A stretch of DNA of 44,978 nucleotides from positions 1 to 44,978 of IMG/VR virus record IMGVR_UViG_3300002092_000072; one strand, written 5' to 3'. A model generated the notes under the pieces. That model was not told where the DNA came from. It saw nothing but the letters and a program-made list of their open reading frames with translations, and made no database searches. Position numbers and translations under genes: made by a program. Below, one piece after another: positions 16,351 to 25,749 of this stretch (the stretch's first letter is position 1; every line of letters begins with the position of its first letter). Origin of the DNA: a virus. Taxonomy: Duplodnaviria; Caudoviricetes.

Positions 16351-18311
16351 TCAGCTTCGCCCCATCTCTGTACAACCGTAATATCAGCAACGAGTGGGAC
16401 ATCTAGGAAGTGTATTCCTTCCATAGCCTCACGAATAGCCTCTTGTGTTTTATCAACCAAAGCATCAGGAGTTAAAGTAACTAGTTCATCGTGAACTGTA
16501 AGGATCAACTTAGCGCCCTTTGGAATAGTGTTGTGAGCCCTAATCATAGCAAGCTTGATGATGTCCGCGGCTGAACCTTGAATACGCGTGTTGAACGCTT
16601 GACGCTCAGCACTGGCCCTAAAAGCGGGAACCTTAGAGGTGATGTCTGGTAGGAAACGCTTACGACCCATAAGGGTAGCAATGTAACCTTTATTTCGGGA
16701 GACGCCTATAACCTTAGCGCGATAGTCACTTACAGAAGGAAACTTGTCTGCAAAGTTTTGTAGAAGAGCTTTAGCCTCAGGAACTTTACAACCAATCTGG
16801 CTAGCAATCTTATCTGGACCTACGCCGTACATCATGGCTAGAACCAAAACCTTTCCCGCTTTACGGTCAACCCCCATGGTGTTACCTATAGTTGTATAAA
16901 TATCCCCAGACTCAAGGTAGTTATTTACAAGAATTGGGTCTCCTGACATAGAGGCCAGTATCCGCGGCTCAATCTGGGAGTAATCCGCTACAACTAATTT
17001 GTAACCCTCTGGAGCATAAAATAAGTTACGAATAGACTTACCTATATCACTGGCACTTGGATTAGGAATGTTCTGTAAATTTGGATTACGGCTAGAAAAA
17101 CGACCAGTTTCGGCACCCCATTGAACAAAATCACCATAGATACGGCCATTTATAAGCATACTTTCTTTAGACTCAATTTTAGATTTACCATTAGTAGTCT
17201 TAGTTATCTCTCCGCCTAAATAAGGAATCACATAGGTGCTGAGTAATTTATTTAAATCTGAGTACTTAAGAAGAGAAGTGACTAATGCGTCCGACTCACT
17301 AAACTCTTCTAGCGCTTCAGCTGATACAGAATAGTCCTTGTAAATGAGGTCTTTATCTTTCTTTTTCCCCGCCCCTGTAAGGATAGAGGGTTTAAGACCC
17401 CGACAACCTTCTTCTTTAGGTCCATATAAAAGCCATTGCTTTTCTGCATTGGAGTTAAGGTTGAATACCTGACCCGCAATTCCGTAAATTTCTGATCTGA
17501 CCTGTTCAACTTCAGCCTCCAATTTAACGCTTAACTCAACAAGATGTTCTGTATCAATAGGTGCGCCTGTAAGCTTCATGTCACAAAGAACACGAAGCAC
17601 GTCCATCTCTAAAGTCATAATTTTTTCTACATCTACTGCTTTAATCTTTGGGGCTAACACCTTCCATAAAAGAAAAGTGTACTTGGAGTCAAGGTAAGAG
17701 TACTTAGCCACTTCGTCAAAGGAGTACTCCTCAACTTTATGCCCAATACCCTTTTCCATGCTGTACCCCAACTCCCGTTGAAGACAATCATCAAGCCCTA
17801 ACTTACCTTTATTTCTATTGTCGTAGACAAAAGAACCCATCAAAGTATCAAAGTAAGGCCCTAAGGGTACTCGGTCGTAGTACTTAGTAACAGAGCATAA
17901 GTCAAAAACTAAGTTGTGACCTATTGTAAGAATGTTCTCATTAAACATTAACGGCTCTATTGCTTTAAACACCTCAGCTGGAAACAACTGTTTAGGGGCT
18001 GGACCAAAAACCTTTTCAGCTTTTTTATCGTCCCGTGAATAATCTAGCGGTCTGGCTGATAAACCAGCAGCAACTCGTTTCTCTCCTTGGCCTGTAAGGG
18101 GACGGATTAACTCTATAAAGTCTCCATTAGGATGCCCCATAGGAACCACATCTCCGCGCCCGTGAGTGGCAAAAGAAATCCACAGCACTTCATTTACCGC
18201 TGGTATACCGCGATGATCGCCAACAGTTTCTACGTCAAAAGCAAAAGCGTCTTGTTGTAGATAATAAGCGACCATCTCGGCCAGTTGTTCTTTGGTTGTA
18301 ATTATGTTCAA
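16347..18311 (-). CDS. polA: family A DNA polymerase with 3'-5' exonuclease
   Basis: DVET, GHNLVFD, TGRFSS.NPNLQNIP, DYSQIE, R...K...YG, VHDE; TTG start with AGGGG. Confidence 0.96.
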   Translation of the reverse strand: MNIITTKEQLAEMVAYYLQQDAFAFDVETVGDHRGIPAVNEVLWISFATHGRGDVVPMGHPNGDFIELIRPLTGQGEKRVAAGLSARPLDYSRDDKKAEKVFGPAPKQLFPAEVFKAIEPLMFNENILTIGHNLVFDLCSVTKYYDRVPLGPYFDTLMGSFVYDNRNKGKLGLDDCLQRELGYSMEKGIGHKVEEYSFDEVAKYSYLDSKYTFLLWKVLAPKIKAVDVEKIMTLEMDVLRVLCDMKLTGAPIDTEHLVELSVKLEAEVEQVRSEIYGIAGQVFNLNSNAEKQWLLYGPKEEGCRGLKPSILTGAGKKKDKDLIYKDYSVSAEALEEFSESDALVTSLLKYSDLNKLLSTYVIPYLGGEITKTTNGKSKIESKESMLINGRIYGDFVQWGAETGRFSSRNPNLQNIPNPSASDIGKSIRNLFYAPEGYKLVVADYSQIEPRILASMSGDPILVNNYLESGDIYTTIGNTMGVDRKAGKVLVLAMMYGVGPDKIASQIGCKVPEAKALLQNFADKFPSVSDYRAKVIGVSRNKGYIATLMGRKRFLPDITSKVPAFRASAERQAFNTRIQGSAADIIKLAMIRAHNTIPKGAKLILTVHDELVTLTPDALVDKTQEAIREAMEGIHFLDVPLVADITVVQRWGEAE

Positions 18312-18313
18312 GT

Positions 18314-18373
18314 TTTATCCCCTGTAAAGCCAGAGGGCCAGAACCAAGGGGATAAATGGACTGACCCTCCAGC
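18314..18373 (-). promoter_or_regulatory. structured RNA between ssb and polA with an anti-SD in the hairpin loop
   Basis: 13-bp stem (3 G-U pairs); loop UUUAUCCCCU complementary to AGGGGAUAAA at the polA RBS. Confidence 0.7.
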
Positions 18374-18383
18374 GACCTAGTTG

Positions 18384-19037
18384 TTAGGAAAGCGAAGCAG
18401 CAACTGCTTCAAGCTCTTCCCAAGTTGGCTCCTTGATATCCGAACGTGTGTACGGCTTAAAGGATGCTACTGCTGCTTCTGCTGTTGCCTCATCAAGACT
18501 CCAGTCTTCCTGCAAATCGCGAGGTTTAACTGGGTTAATGTGGTACGTAGTGGTCTGCATCTTACCTGAACGACTGATTGCCCAGTAGTTCTTTGTAAGA
18601 GGACCCTGCGGTGAGAAGTGTGCAGCATGTAGGGACTTAAACAAGCGGGGGCTTGCAATAAGCATTTGACGCTGTGGTCCATCAGTAGCACTAAGGTTAA
18701 CAATACTGAATGCGCGCTTTTCTTCTGGCTTGCTTTGCAGCTTTACGCACAAAGGATCATTAGCACCAAGGGAAACGTATGAACGTTTACCTTCAGTCTT
18801 TTGTTGGAGAAAGTGCTGCTTATATACAGCAAATGGTCCATCTTCATCAAGAAATTTGACTACTTGGAAGCCATCATTAAAACGAAACTCGGTTGGATAA
18901 TCTCCTGCAGGAGCAATCTCTGCTGCTGCCCAACCTGATTTTACTGCGGTTGTTGCGGACTGCGTTGGACGGTCAGCAATTGAATCAATTGCAAACTCGT
19001 CGTTTTCTGTTACATAGTTTTCTGTTGTGCTTGTCAT
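18384..19037 (-). CDS. single-stranded DNA-binding protein (gp32-like)
   Basis: VKFL...P...Y.QHF...DPLC...ISRSG...T.Y pattern; directly upstream of the polymerase. Confidence 0.7.
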   Translation of the reverse strand: MTSTTENYVTENDEFAIDSIADRPTQSATTAVKSGWAAAEIAPAGDYPTEFRFNDGFQVVKFLDEDGPFAVYKQHFLQQKTEGKRSYVSLGANDPLCVKLQSKPEEKRAFSIVNLSATDGPQRQMLIASPRLFKSLHAAHFSPQGPLTKNYWAISRSGKMQTTTYHINPVKPRDLQEDWSLDEATAEAAVASFKPYTRSDIKEPTWEELEAVAASLS

Positions 19038-19065
19038 TTTTATTTTCCTTTGATTTTATTTTATG

Positions 19066-19539
19066 TTATTTGGTTTCGGATGCTCGGAGGTTATTCCAAG
19101 CCTCGGCAATCTCATTGCTGAGCTGTCGGTGTAAGGACCATTCTATACGCTTTGTGTGAAGAAGTCCAGCCGAGTGAAATAACTCAACCGTTTTTTCTAC
19201 CATAGCGCGAGAATAAAGCCTACGGCCTTGGTGGTCCTTACCGTTGACGTCCTTACTAGAAGGTAGCCGATAAGGTGCAGCTGGAAGATAGCCCTCTTTA
19301 ATCCATGCACGGATTGTTATAAGGGGCCTACCTAAAGCCGCCGCTAACGCACCAATAGTGAACAGCTCAAGGTCACTGCCATTGGGTAATGTTCTCTTTT
19401 GCGGTTTAACGTCCCAAGCAGAATTTGGTTCTACTTCAAGGGCTTTAACCACAACAGGTTTGCGTTTGCGTTTACTGCCTGGATAGTAGGTATCTAGGTC
19501 AGCAAAAGTAGAGTCTATTAGATCATCTGTCATTGACAA
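19066..19539 (-). CDS. MerR-like HTH DNA-binding protein
   Basis: FTIGALAAALGR...TIRAWIKEGYLP...RRLYS. Confidence 0.8.
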   Translation of the reverse strand: MSMTDDLIDSTFADLDTYYPGSKRKRKPVVVKALEVEPNSAWDVKPQKRTLPNGSDLELFTIGALAAALGRPLITIRAWIKEGYLPAAPYRLPSSKDVNGKDHQGRRLYSRAMVEKTVELFHSAGLLHTKRIEWSLHRQLSNEIAEAWNNLRASETK

Positions 19540-19999
19540 TAACCTTCATTAGCTTATCAGGAAAATCTTCGGTTGCAGTAAAGTGAACGTTAAAATCATG
19601 CTCATTGGTATCGGCGCGAGTCAATCCATACTTAGGAAGAAAAGAACGTAAAGCAATAGCAGGTATTACTAATAGGGCGTCTGTGTATCGGATACATATA
19701 CGGTTATGAGAAGCTGGGTTATCGTCTACAGGATCTGTTAACCACATACGCTGCAGTTTTTGAAAGGGAAACTTAACCTCCATAGTTGAAGGCCCATTCA
19801 TCCACTTAATCTCCATACCACCAATAAAGTTGGCAAAGCCTTCTGGTTGTTTGGGGTCCCTCAAACTATTAACAAGGTAATCCATAAAGTAGTAACGAGG
19901 CGTAGGCCAAGCTTGCCAACCATACAACTCACACAGTTTATCCATGACTATCTGCTCACGGTTACTGTCGCCTTTACTTACCCAAATAGGACCACTCAT
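19523..19999 (-). CDS. putative PD-(D/E)xK-fold nuclease
   Basis: E...MDY...MEIKW...K...YTD. Confidence 0.55.
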   Translation of the reverse strand: MSGPIWVSKGDSNREQIVMDKLCELYGWQAWPTPRYYFMDYLVNSLRDPKQPEGFANFIGGMEIKWMNGPSTMEVKFPFQKLQRMWLTDPVDDNPASHNRICIRYTDALLVIPAIALRSFLPKYGLTRADTNEHDFNVHFTATEDFPDKLMKVIVNDR

Positions 20000-20400
20000 T
20001 TGTTATCTACCAAAAATGCAAATGATTCTTTAGAGGGAAACATGGTGTCAATATCTTCTTCTGTTAAATAGCCTTCATAAAAAGCCGCCATAATGGCGCC
20101 TTCATCTAAAGTAGGAACCATTTTAATGCATTGATCTTTAATACCTTTATTAATAAGAATAGCTTCTGCAAGATCCATGTCAAGGGTTTTAGATACGCGA
20201 CGTTGTTTTACTAAACGAACTTCTCCTACATGCTCATCTACAATTTGAAGGATGCGGTGGCCTTTATCATCTGGCTCTACTTCGTCTAACGCGTTTAGTA
20301 GCCGCGTTTTTAATTCTGTTTGGCGTGTACTTAGTACACCAATCTCATTTTTTAATGTTAAAAATTGACGTAAATTCTTTTTAATATCATCAAGACTCAT
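19996..20400 (-). CDS. hypothetical coiled-coil protein
   Basis: GGGGAG RBS and strong promoter upstream. Confidence 0.75.
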   Translation of the reverse strand: MSLDDIKKNLRQFLTLKNEIGVLSTRQTELKTRLLNALDEVEPDDKGHRILQIVDEHVGEVRLVKQRRVSKTLDMDLAEAILINKGIKDQCIKMVPTLDEGAIMAAFYEGYLTEEDIDTMFPSKESFAFLVDNK

Positions 20401-20424
20401 GCTGCTCCCCTAGTTAGGAGCAAT

Positions 20425-20453
20425 AATTTAGTACCCTAAAAGTTACTTGTCAA
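20425..20453 (-). promoter_or_regulatory. sigma70/SigA-type promoter
   Basis: TTGACA-N17-TAAATT. Confidence 0.8.
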
Positions 20454-20595
20454 CCTCTGATAGGTATGTCTCTAGTGCCTTAATAATGACGCTGGTGACA
20501 GTTACGCCCTCTTTAGAAGCCTTTTTTTGGACAGCAAGCCAAAGATCATCTGGGACGCGGATAGTGCGCGTAGGCGTTTTAGGGGCGTTAGGCAT
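20443..20595 (-). CDS. ribbon-helix-helix DNA-binding protein (50 aa), leaderless, not in ORF track
   Basis: TRTIRVPDDLW.AV.KKA.KEGVTVTSVI.KAL; TATAAT (20602-20607) 6 nt before ATG. Confidence 0.85.
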   Translation of the reverse strand: MPNAPKTPTRTIRVPDDLWLAVQKKASKEGVTVTSVIIKALETYLSEVDK

Positions 20596-20602
20596 CCGAT
20601 AA

Positions 20603-22192
20603 TTATACGATAGAGTTGTTGAGGAACTGCTTCAAACTGCTTACATTCATAGAAATTCCTCCTTTATCATCTATACCTTCACCGTCAATTACAGCACTTG
20701 CTAAGGCGTTCTTTTGTTGAAGCGCTTCGTATTGTCTTCTTTCAATGGAATTTCTGATGAGAAGGTCCTGAATAACCGCAGACTTAAATCTAGAGGAGGC
20801 TCGTATGATGCGCCCATTTCTTTGTGTAGCCGCCCCTGAGGACCAAGGAAGGTCATAGTTAATAAGGAGGTTACCTGCTGGTAAATCCACACCATAACCG
20901 CCAGCATCAGAGCTGATGAGCACACGAACAGAGGGGTCATTGTTAAAAGCAATTTTGTTCTCTTCTTTGGTCTTTGCGTCAATTTTACCTGAGTATAAAC
21001 GGCATTGTTCTGCCCCCAGCTCAGCCGCAATTAAATCAAGCATATCTACATAGGTAGCAAAAATAACTACTTTATTCTCTTCATCTTGTTCTAAAAACTC
21101 TTTTACGTATTGAGCTAAGTATTCAAGCTTAGGGGATCGTTTAACACCCTCCAACATACCCTCATCCACTAACCCCGCGGCATACACAGACCCTTCTCCG
21201 TTCATTAAATGAAACTTCTCCGCGCTATTACTAATCAATTTTGGATGAGAACAGAGCATCTTTAGACACCCTATCTTAGACATGATCTTTCCACGCATCT
21301 CGTCCTCTGGCCCCCCGCGAGAAGACTCTACCCCGTAGTGAGAAAGAATATTAAAGCTAGAGCCAAACAAATCCTGCGCTTCATCTAAATCAGCTATGAG
21401 GTCATTAACTATTCTTATATATAAAAGGGCAGAACGACGATCAAGGTCAATGTCAACAGGGTCTTTGTGAATAGCCTCTGGTAAATAAGGAGCTACATCT
21501 GGATCTTTTTGGGCTTTACGAACAGATGCTTCTTTCATCTTCTTGTGAAGGGTTGTAAGATTGCGGTAGTGCTGCACCCCGCCCCAAGAGTTACGAACAA
21601 TAAAAGTTTGATCAAAAAGATCAAAGCGCCCTAGAACAGTAGGGTCTACAAATTGCATAATAGAGTAAAGCTCTTCTGGCTTGCCGTTCTCAATAGGAGT
21701 GCCTGTAAGAGCAAACCTAAATGGGGTACTAGATAATTTTTTAACTTGTTTAGACCGTTTAGATTTAAACGATTTAATAGCTGTGGCCTCGTCTAGTACT
21801 ACAAATCCTCTTGGGAGGTCTTTGACGAACTCCCAGTCATTAACGATTTGCTCATAGTTAAGAATGATGTAGTTAACTTTGGAGTTTCTCCAGTCATTTG
21901 CCACTTCGTACTGGGATGCTCTTTTAACCTTGTCTCCATCAATGACCAAAGCGTTTGAAGTACCATCTGTAAATTTCTCTATCTGATTAGCCCACTGATA
22001 TTTGAGTGAGGATAAACAAATTATAAGACCTGGTTCGGTAATTTTCTGCTCATCCATTAAACGTTCTAAAGCCGCAATAGTAAGAACGGTTTTACCTAAA
22101 CCAAGGTCGTAGGCTACCAGCATTTTTTTTCGGTAGCACATGCGGTCTACAGCCTCAGGTTGGTAAGGCAATAGGGTTCCTGTAAAAGTCAC
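20603..22192 (-). CDS. SNF2-family helicase
   Basis: LLPYQ, DLGLGKT, DEATAIK, LTGTPIEN, AGGYGVDL, QRNGRI.R. Confidence 0.92.
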   Translation of the reverse strand: MTFTGTLLPYQPEAVDRMCYRKKMLVAYDLGLGKTVLTIAALERLMDEQKITEPGLIICLSSLKYQWANQIEKFTDGTSNALVIDGDKVKRASQYEVANDWRNSKVNYIILNYEQIVNDWEFVKDLPRGFVVLDEATAIKSFKSKRSKQVKKLSSTPFRFALTGTPIENGKPEELYSIMQFVDPTVLGRFDLFDQTFIVRNSWGGVQHYRNLTTLHKKMKEASVRKAQKDPDVAPYLPEAIHKDPVDIDLDRRSALLYIRIVNDLIADLDEAQDLFGSSFNILSHYGVESSRGGPEDEMRGKIMSKIGCLKMLCSHPKLISNSAEKFHLMNGEGSVYAAGLVDEGMLEGVKRSPKLEYLAQYVKEFLEQDEENKVVIFATYVDMLDLIAAELGAEQCRLYSGKIDAKTKEENKIAFNNDPSVRVLISSDAGGYGVDLPAGNLLINYDLPWSSGAATQRNGRIIRASSRFKSAVIQDLLIRNSIERRQYEALQQKNALASAVIDGEGIDDKGGISMNVSSLKQFLNNSIV

Positions 22193-22713
22193 TGCATCTC
22201 CATACGGTTTTTAACTAAAGCGCTTAAGTCTTCAATAGACCCGTGATTAGAAAAAATCTGATCTACGGGGTACCCGTCCATTTCGGTTTCAGAAACATGA
22301 CGGTTGTAAGCCACTATCCCTGGGCGTTTAACGCGCCACAGCTGTCCACCATAGTTTTTAACGGTTTCTGCTTCGTTAATAAACCTAACATCAGTAATAA
22401 CGTAATTATAGTCGTCGTCTATGGAAGAAAAAGCTTGATCAATCCAAAAAGAAGTTCCAAAAAGAGTACGGGCACCTAACCCTAAAGCCTGTAAAAGCCG
22501 TCTAACTTCAGGTTTAGCTTTGGCTATCTCCCACCCATACTCTTCAAGAGTAGAACTTAATCGGTGCCCGTTTTCAAGAATAGGATCTATCTCAACTAAA
22601 AAGTCTCGTATCTTGTCAGCAAAAGCAAGACGTTTATAACCATAATCCTTTACAAGGATATTGGCAACAGTATCTTTACCGCTTCTTGCATAACCTGTGA
22701 GACCTATGATCAT
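22189..22713 (-). CDS. deoxynucleoside monophosphate kinase
   Basis: IIGLTGYARSGKDT, AFAD, RRLLQ.LG, ITDVRF.NE, HVSE; ATGA overlap gives start 22713. Confidence 0.9.
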   Translation of the reverse strand: MIIGLTGYARSGKDTVANILVKDYGYKRLAFADKIRDFLVEIDPILENGHRLSSTLEEYGWEIAKAKPEVRRLLQALGLGARTLFGTSFWIDQAFSSIDDDYNYVITDVRFINEAETVKNYGGQLWRVKRPGIVAYNRHVSETEMDGYPVDQIFSNHGSIEDLSALVKNRMEMQ

Positions 22714-23594
22714 GGTAGTTGTATGTACTTTCCTGTTAGCCATTCATTACTAGCAACTTTAGCAGTAGAAGCAATTAAATTATATGTAGCAGCCCAAGTA
22801 TCTTGACGGTTGAGCGTCCACCAACCTGTCATAGCAGCAGTTGAATTAGACGAACCAACCATAAACTTTTGTACTCCGCTAGGTTGAAGAGTGTACCAAC
22901 GAGCATTTAAGTAAAAAGAAGTTGCAACAGTGCCATTGCTATAACGCGCAATATATGGTTTTGCGGTTGGGTCGTAAGTTTTGCCTGTTACTCCAGGATC
23001 TGGATTATCCGTAGCACCTACTGATACAACATCAGGCAAACAAGCAATAGAGTTCATAGCGGTACGGTTGCTGGCATTCCCTGTAGCAGCAATTACGGCT
23101 ACGTTATTTGTTTTAAGGATAGCCACGTCTTCTGCTGTGCCTGCGGGAACCTTACAACCTGTAAAGATTGCGCCTTGAGAAACGTTAACTGCAGTTATGT
23201 TGTACTTAACTCGGTTTGCAACAACCCAGTCAAGGGCGCTTTTTACTGCATTATTAGAGTAGATGTAAGGAACGTTAGTACCAACGATACCCACAATGCG
23301 AATAGGAATTAAACCTACGGAAGGGTTTACTTTGTTAATAATAGAAAGCATCTCTGTGCCGTGGGTAAGAACGGTGTTAGTTTGAACGCCAGTGTTAGCT
23401 GCCCCTACACCTTCCATAGTTTGCTTATTGTTAGGACAGTTAGAGTATTCAAGAATGCACACTTCAGTAACGATATTAGTAAATAACGCGGTGTTAACGC
23501 CAGAATCAATTACAGCCACGCTTTGAGTAGGCGCAGCATGTACTACAGCCATAGGTAGCAAAGAAGCTGCTACTAAAAGAATTAACTTTTTCAT
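22710..23594 (-). CDS. secreted subtilisin-like (S8) serine protease
   Basis: Signal peptide MKKLILL...VHA; VAVIDSG, HGT, ATGN, GSS. Confidence 0.85.
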   Translation of the reverse strand: MKKLILLVAASLLPMAVVHAAPTQSVAVIDSGVNTALFTNIVTEVCILEYSNCPNNKQTMEGVGAANTGVQTNTVLTHGTEMLSIINKVNPSVGLIPIRIVGIVGTNVPYIYSNNAVKSALDWVVANRVKYNITAVNVSQGAIFTGCKVPAGTAEDVAILKTNNVAVIAATGNASNRTAMNSIACLPDVVSVGATDNPDPGVTGKTYDPTAKPYIARYSNGTVATSFYLNARWYTLQPSGVQKFMVGSSNSTAAMTGWWTLNRQDTWAATYNLIASTAKVASNEWLTGKYIQLP

Positions 23595-24517
23595 ATTGCT
23601 TTATCCCCTTTAATCATATGTTTGGCATTTGCCAGTCCAGACTGTATCTCATCTAAACTCATACCGCCAACATCTTTAACGTCAAGGCTACCGTAGTAAA
23701 AAAACCACGCCTCAGAGCCAAACTCCTGACACATATGAAGTAGAGCCCTAGAAGAAGCTCTGCCTGCTTCATCGTTATCCATGGCAAAGATAATCCTATC
23801 CGCGCCGCGGATCATATTAAATTGAGCATGAGAAACAATAGCGCCGTAAGCAGCCACACCCCCTTTAATGCCAACAGAAGCTAGCCTTACTACATCTAGA
23901 GGCGACTCAACAACAATCATGTCACCGCTTTTATACTGGTTATATCCGAATAGGGTTACTGCCTTCTTAACTCCTGAAGGTACGTTCTTAAAGTAACGGC
24001 GGTCGTATCCTTTTTCTTGCCAGCCTAATAGTTTATTAGAAATAGGATCGCGAATCGGTATAATCCAGTTATTGTTACGGTTATCCCATTTGATTCCATA
24101 TATGTCGCAATCAACTATAGAAAGACCTTTAGATTTAGCAACCTCTTTAGGTACACTTAAAAAAGCGCTAAGCATGGACTCAGTTATGCGACTTGGTTCC
24201 TCAACCTTTGGTTGAGCTTCACGCGTTACGCGATTAAACTTAGCCAGCAAACCGTCAGCTGAACCTAGCCAATCAGTAGCCTTATCATAATCTGTTCCTG
24301 TTACATATGAGACTAGTGAGTAAAGGCTACCTTTCCAACCGCAAGAAAAACAGTTGTGAACTCCTGAATCAGAGTTGATATACCAAGAAGGGTTGCGGTC
24401 GTCTTTACCTGTTCGCTCTACGTGGGCGGGGCAGTGTGCTTGAATCTCATCCCCGCGGTTATTAATAACCTCTATACCAAGGCGGGAGAGAACGTCTGTC
24501 ATCTCCTCTAAAGTCAT
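23591..24517 (-). CDS. DnaG-type DNA primase
   Basis: CPAH...CFSC zinc finger; VVES.LD and DNDEAG TOPRIM motifs. Confidence 0.92.
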   Translation of the reverse strand: MTLEEMTDVLSRLGIEVINNRGDEIQAHCPAHVERTGKDDRNPSWYINSDSGVHNCFSCGWKGSLYSLVSYVTGTDYDKATDWLGSADGLLAKFNRVTREAQPKVEEPSRITESMLSAFLSVPKEVAKSKGLSIVDCDIYGIKWDNRNNNWIIPIRDPISNKLLGWQEKGYDRRYFKNVPSGVKKAVTLFGYNQYKSGDMIVVESPLDVVRLASVGIKGGVAAYGAIVSHAQFNMIRGADRIIFAMDNDEAGRASSRALLHMCQEFGSEAWFFYYGSLDVKDVGGMSLDEIQSGLANAKHMIKGDKAI

Positions 24518-25749
24518 AGCGCTAGGTCTTCCTCACTAAGTTCACGGAAAGCTCCAGTGTTCCAGTCCCATAAAAGGTTTGCTTCACTAAGACCTGAGTT
24601 ACGGCTAGCAATAACGCGGAGAGTACGAGTGTCATCTACATTCTCATCTACGCGCTGTAAACCAAAAATAACATCGGCATCTTGGTGGAAAGAAGAAGAG
24701 TAACCAATAGAGTCAGTAGTAACCTGTCCTCCGCGCATCTTCCAAGCAAGTGCTTGAGTAGATATAACAATAGGCTTCTTGATCTTCTGAGCCAGTCTTT
24801 TAAGGGAACGAGTAATATTAGTAATGGCTTGAGGAGTATTTGACTCACCAGTCTGCTCATCAATCATCAAATAAGTACCATCAATAAAGACAATATCTGG
24901 ATCCTTGCTCTGAATCTTGCTTGCTACGGCACTTACAGTCTGACCACCAGTAGAATCCACAAACCAAAACTTATCGCGCATCAAAGGAACACCTTCTGCA
25001 ACAACCTTAATAAGTCTTCCCTCTTCATCTGGAGTTAAGTTACCTGTCATAAAACGTTGGTAAGAAATGCGAGATCGCATACAGTAATAACGGTTCTTCT
25101 GTTCAGTGTTGCTCATCTCAAAGGACATAAACATAGGAACGCTGCCATTAAGGTGACAGTTAATAGCAATCTGTAAAGCCAGAGTTGATTTACCTGTCTT
25201 AGGGGGAGCAACGATTACTACTAGTTGTTCTGGCTGTAAACCTGAGGTAGAGGCGTCAATGGTAGGAAACCCAGTAGCAAGACCAAGCATGCCTGGGTTG
25301 TTCTTACGATACTCATACTCTAGAAGAACGTTAACTGCTTCTTTAGTAATTTCTAAGTCGTTAGAACGAGTTAAACCTTCTTCTTCTAAACGAACAAGTC
25401 CACGCTCCATTGCAAGTAAAGCGCCCTCATGGTCTTGTTCTTTTTCAATAGAAGTAAGAGCACTACCAATAGTTTGAATAATAGATAACTTACGACGGCT
25501 GTCTATAAGGCGGTCAATAAAGTACTCAATAGTATCTTCTACATAAAGAAGTTGATATGTAGGAAAGTTATCTGTAATGATGTCAAGGCTTGGACACTCT
25601 TGGTACTTTGAGTAATGATCGTGTATAAAACGAAAAATCTTTTTATCGTTGTTATCAGCAAACCAATCTTCGGTTACTCCGCGCTCAAGGATAAGACCGA
25701 CGCTTCGCTCTTCAAGAACTTTGCTTAGTAGTTTTGCTTCGTTGTTCAT
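24514..25749 (-). CDS. dnaB: DnaB-like replicative helicase
   Basis: TGF.TID...GLQ, APPKTGKST, SFEMS, FIDG.YLM, QDAD. Confidence 0.93.
   Translation of the reverse strand: MNNEAKLLSKVLEERSVGLILERGVTEDWFADNNDKKIFRFIHDHYSKYQECPSLDIITDNFPTYQLLYVEDTIEYFIDRLIDSRRKLSIIQTIGSALTSIEKEQDHEGALLAMERGLVRLEEEGLTRSNDLEITKEAVNVLLEYEYRKNNPGMLGLATGFPTIDASTSGLQPEQLVVIVAPPKTGKSTLALQIAINCHLNGSVPMFMSFEMSNTEQKNRYYCMRSRISYQRFMTGNLTPDEEGRLIKVVAEGVPLMRDKFWFVDSTGGQTVSAVASKIQSKDPDIVFIDGTYLMIDEQTGESNTPQAITNITRSLKRLAQKIKKPIVISTQALAWKMRGGQVTTDSIGYSSSFHQDADVIFGLQRVDENVDDTRTLRVIASRNSGLSEANLLWDWNTGAFRELSEEDLAL

Noticed and set aside
708-25749. Inteins or introns in nrdJ, recA, polA, helicases
   Set aside because: Protein lengths are normal and motifs are contiguous; no splicing motifs seen
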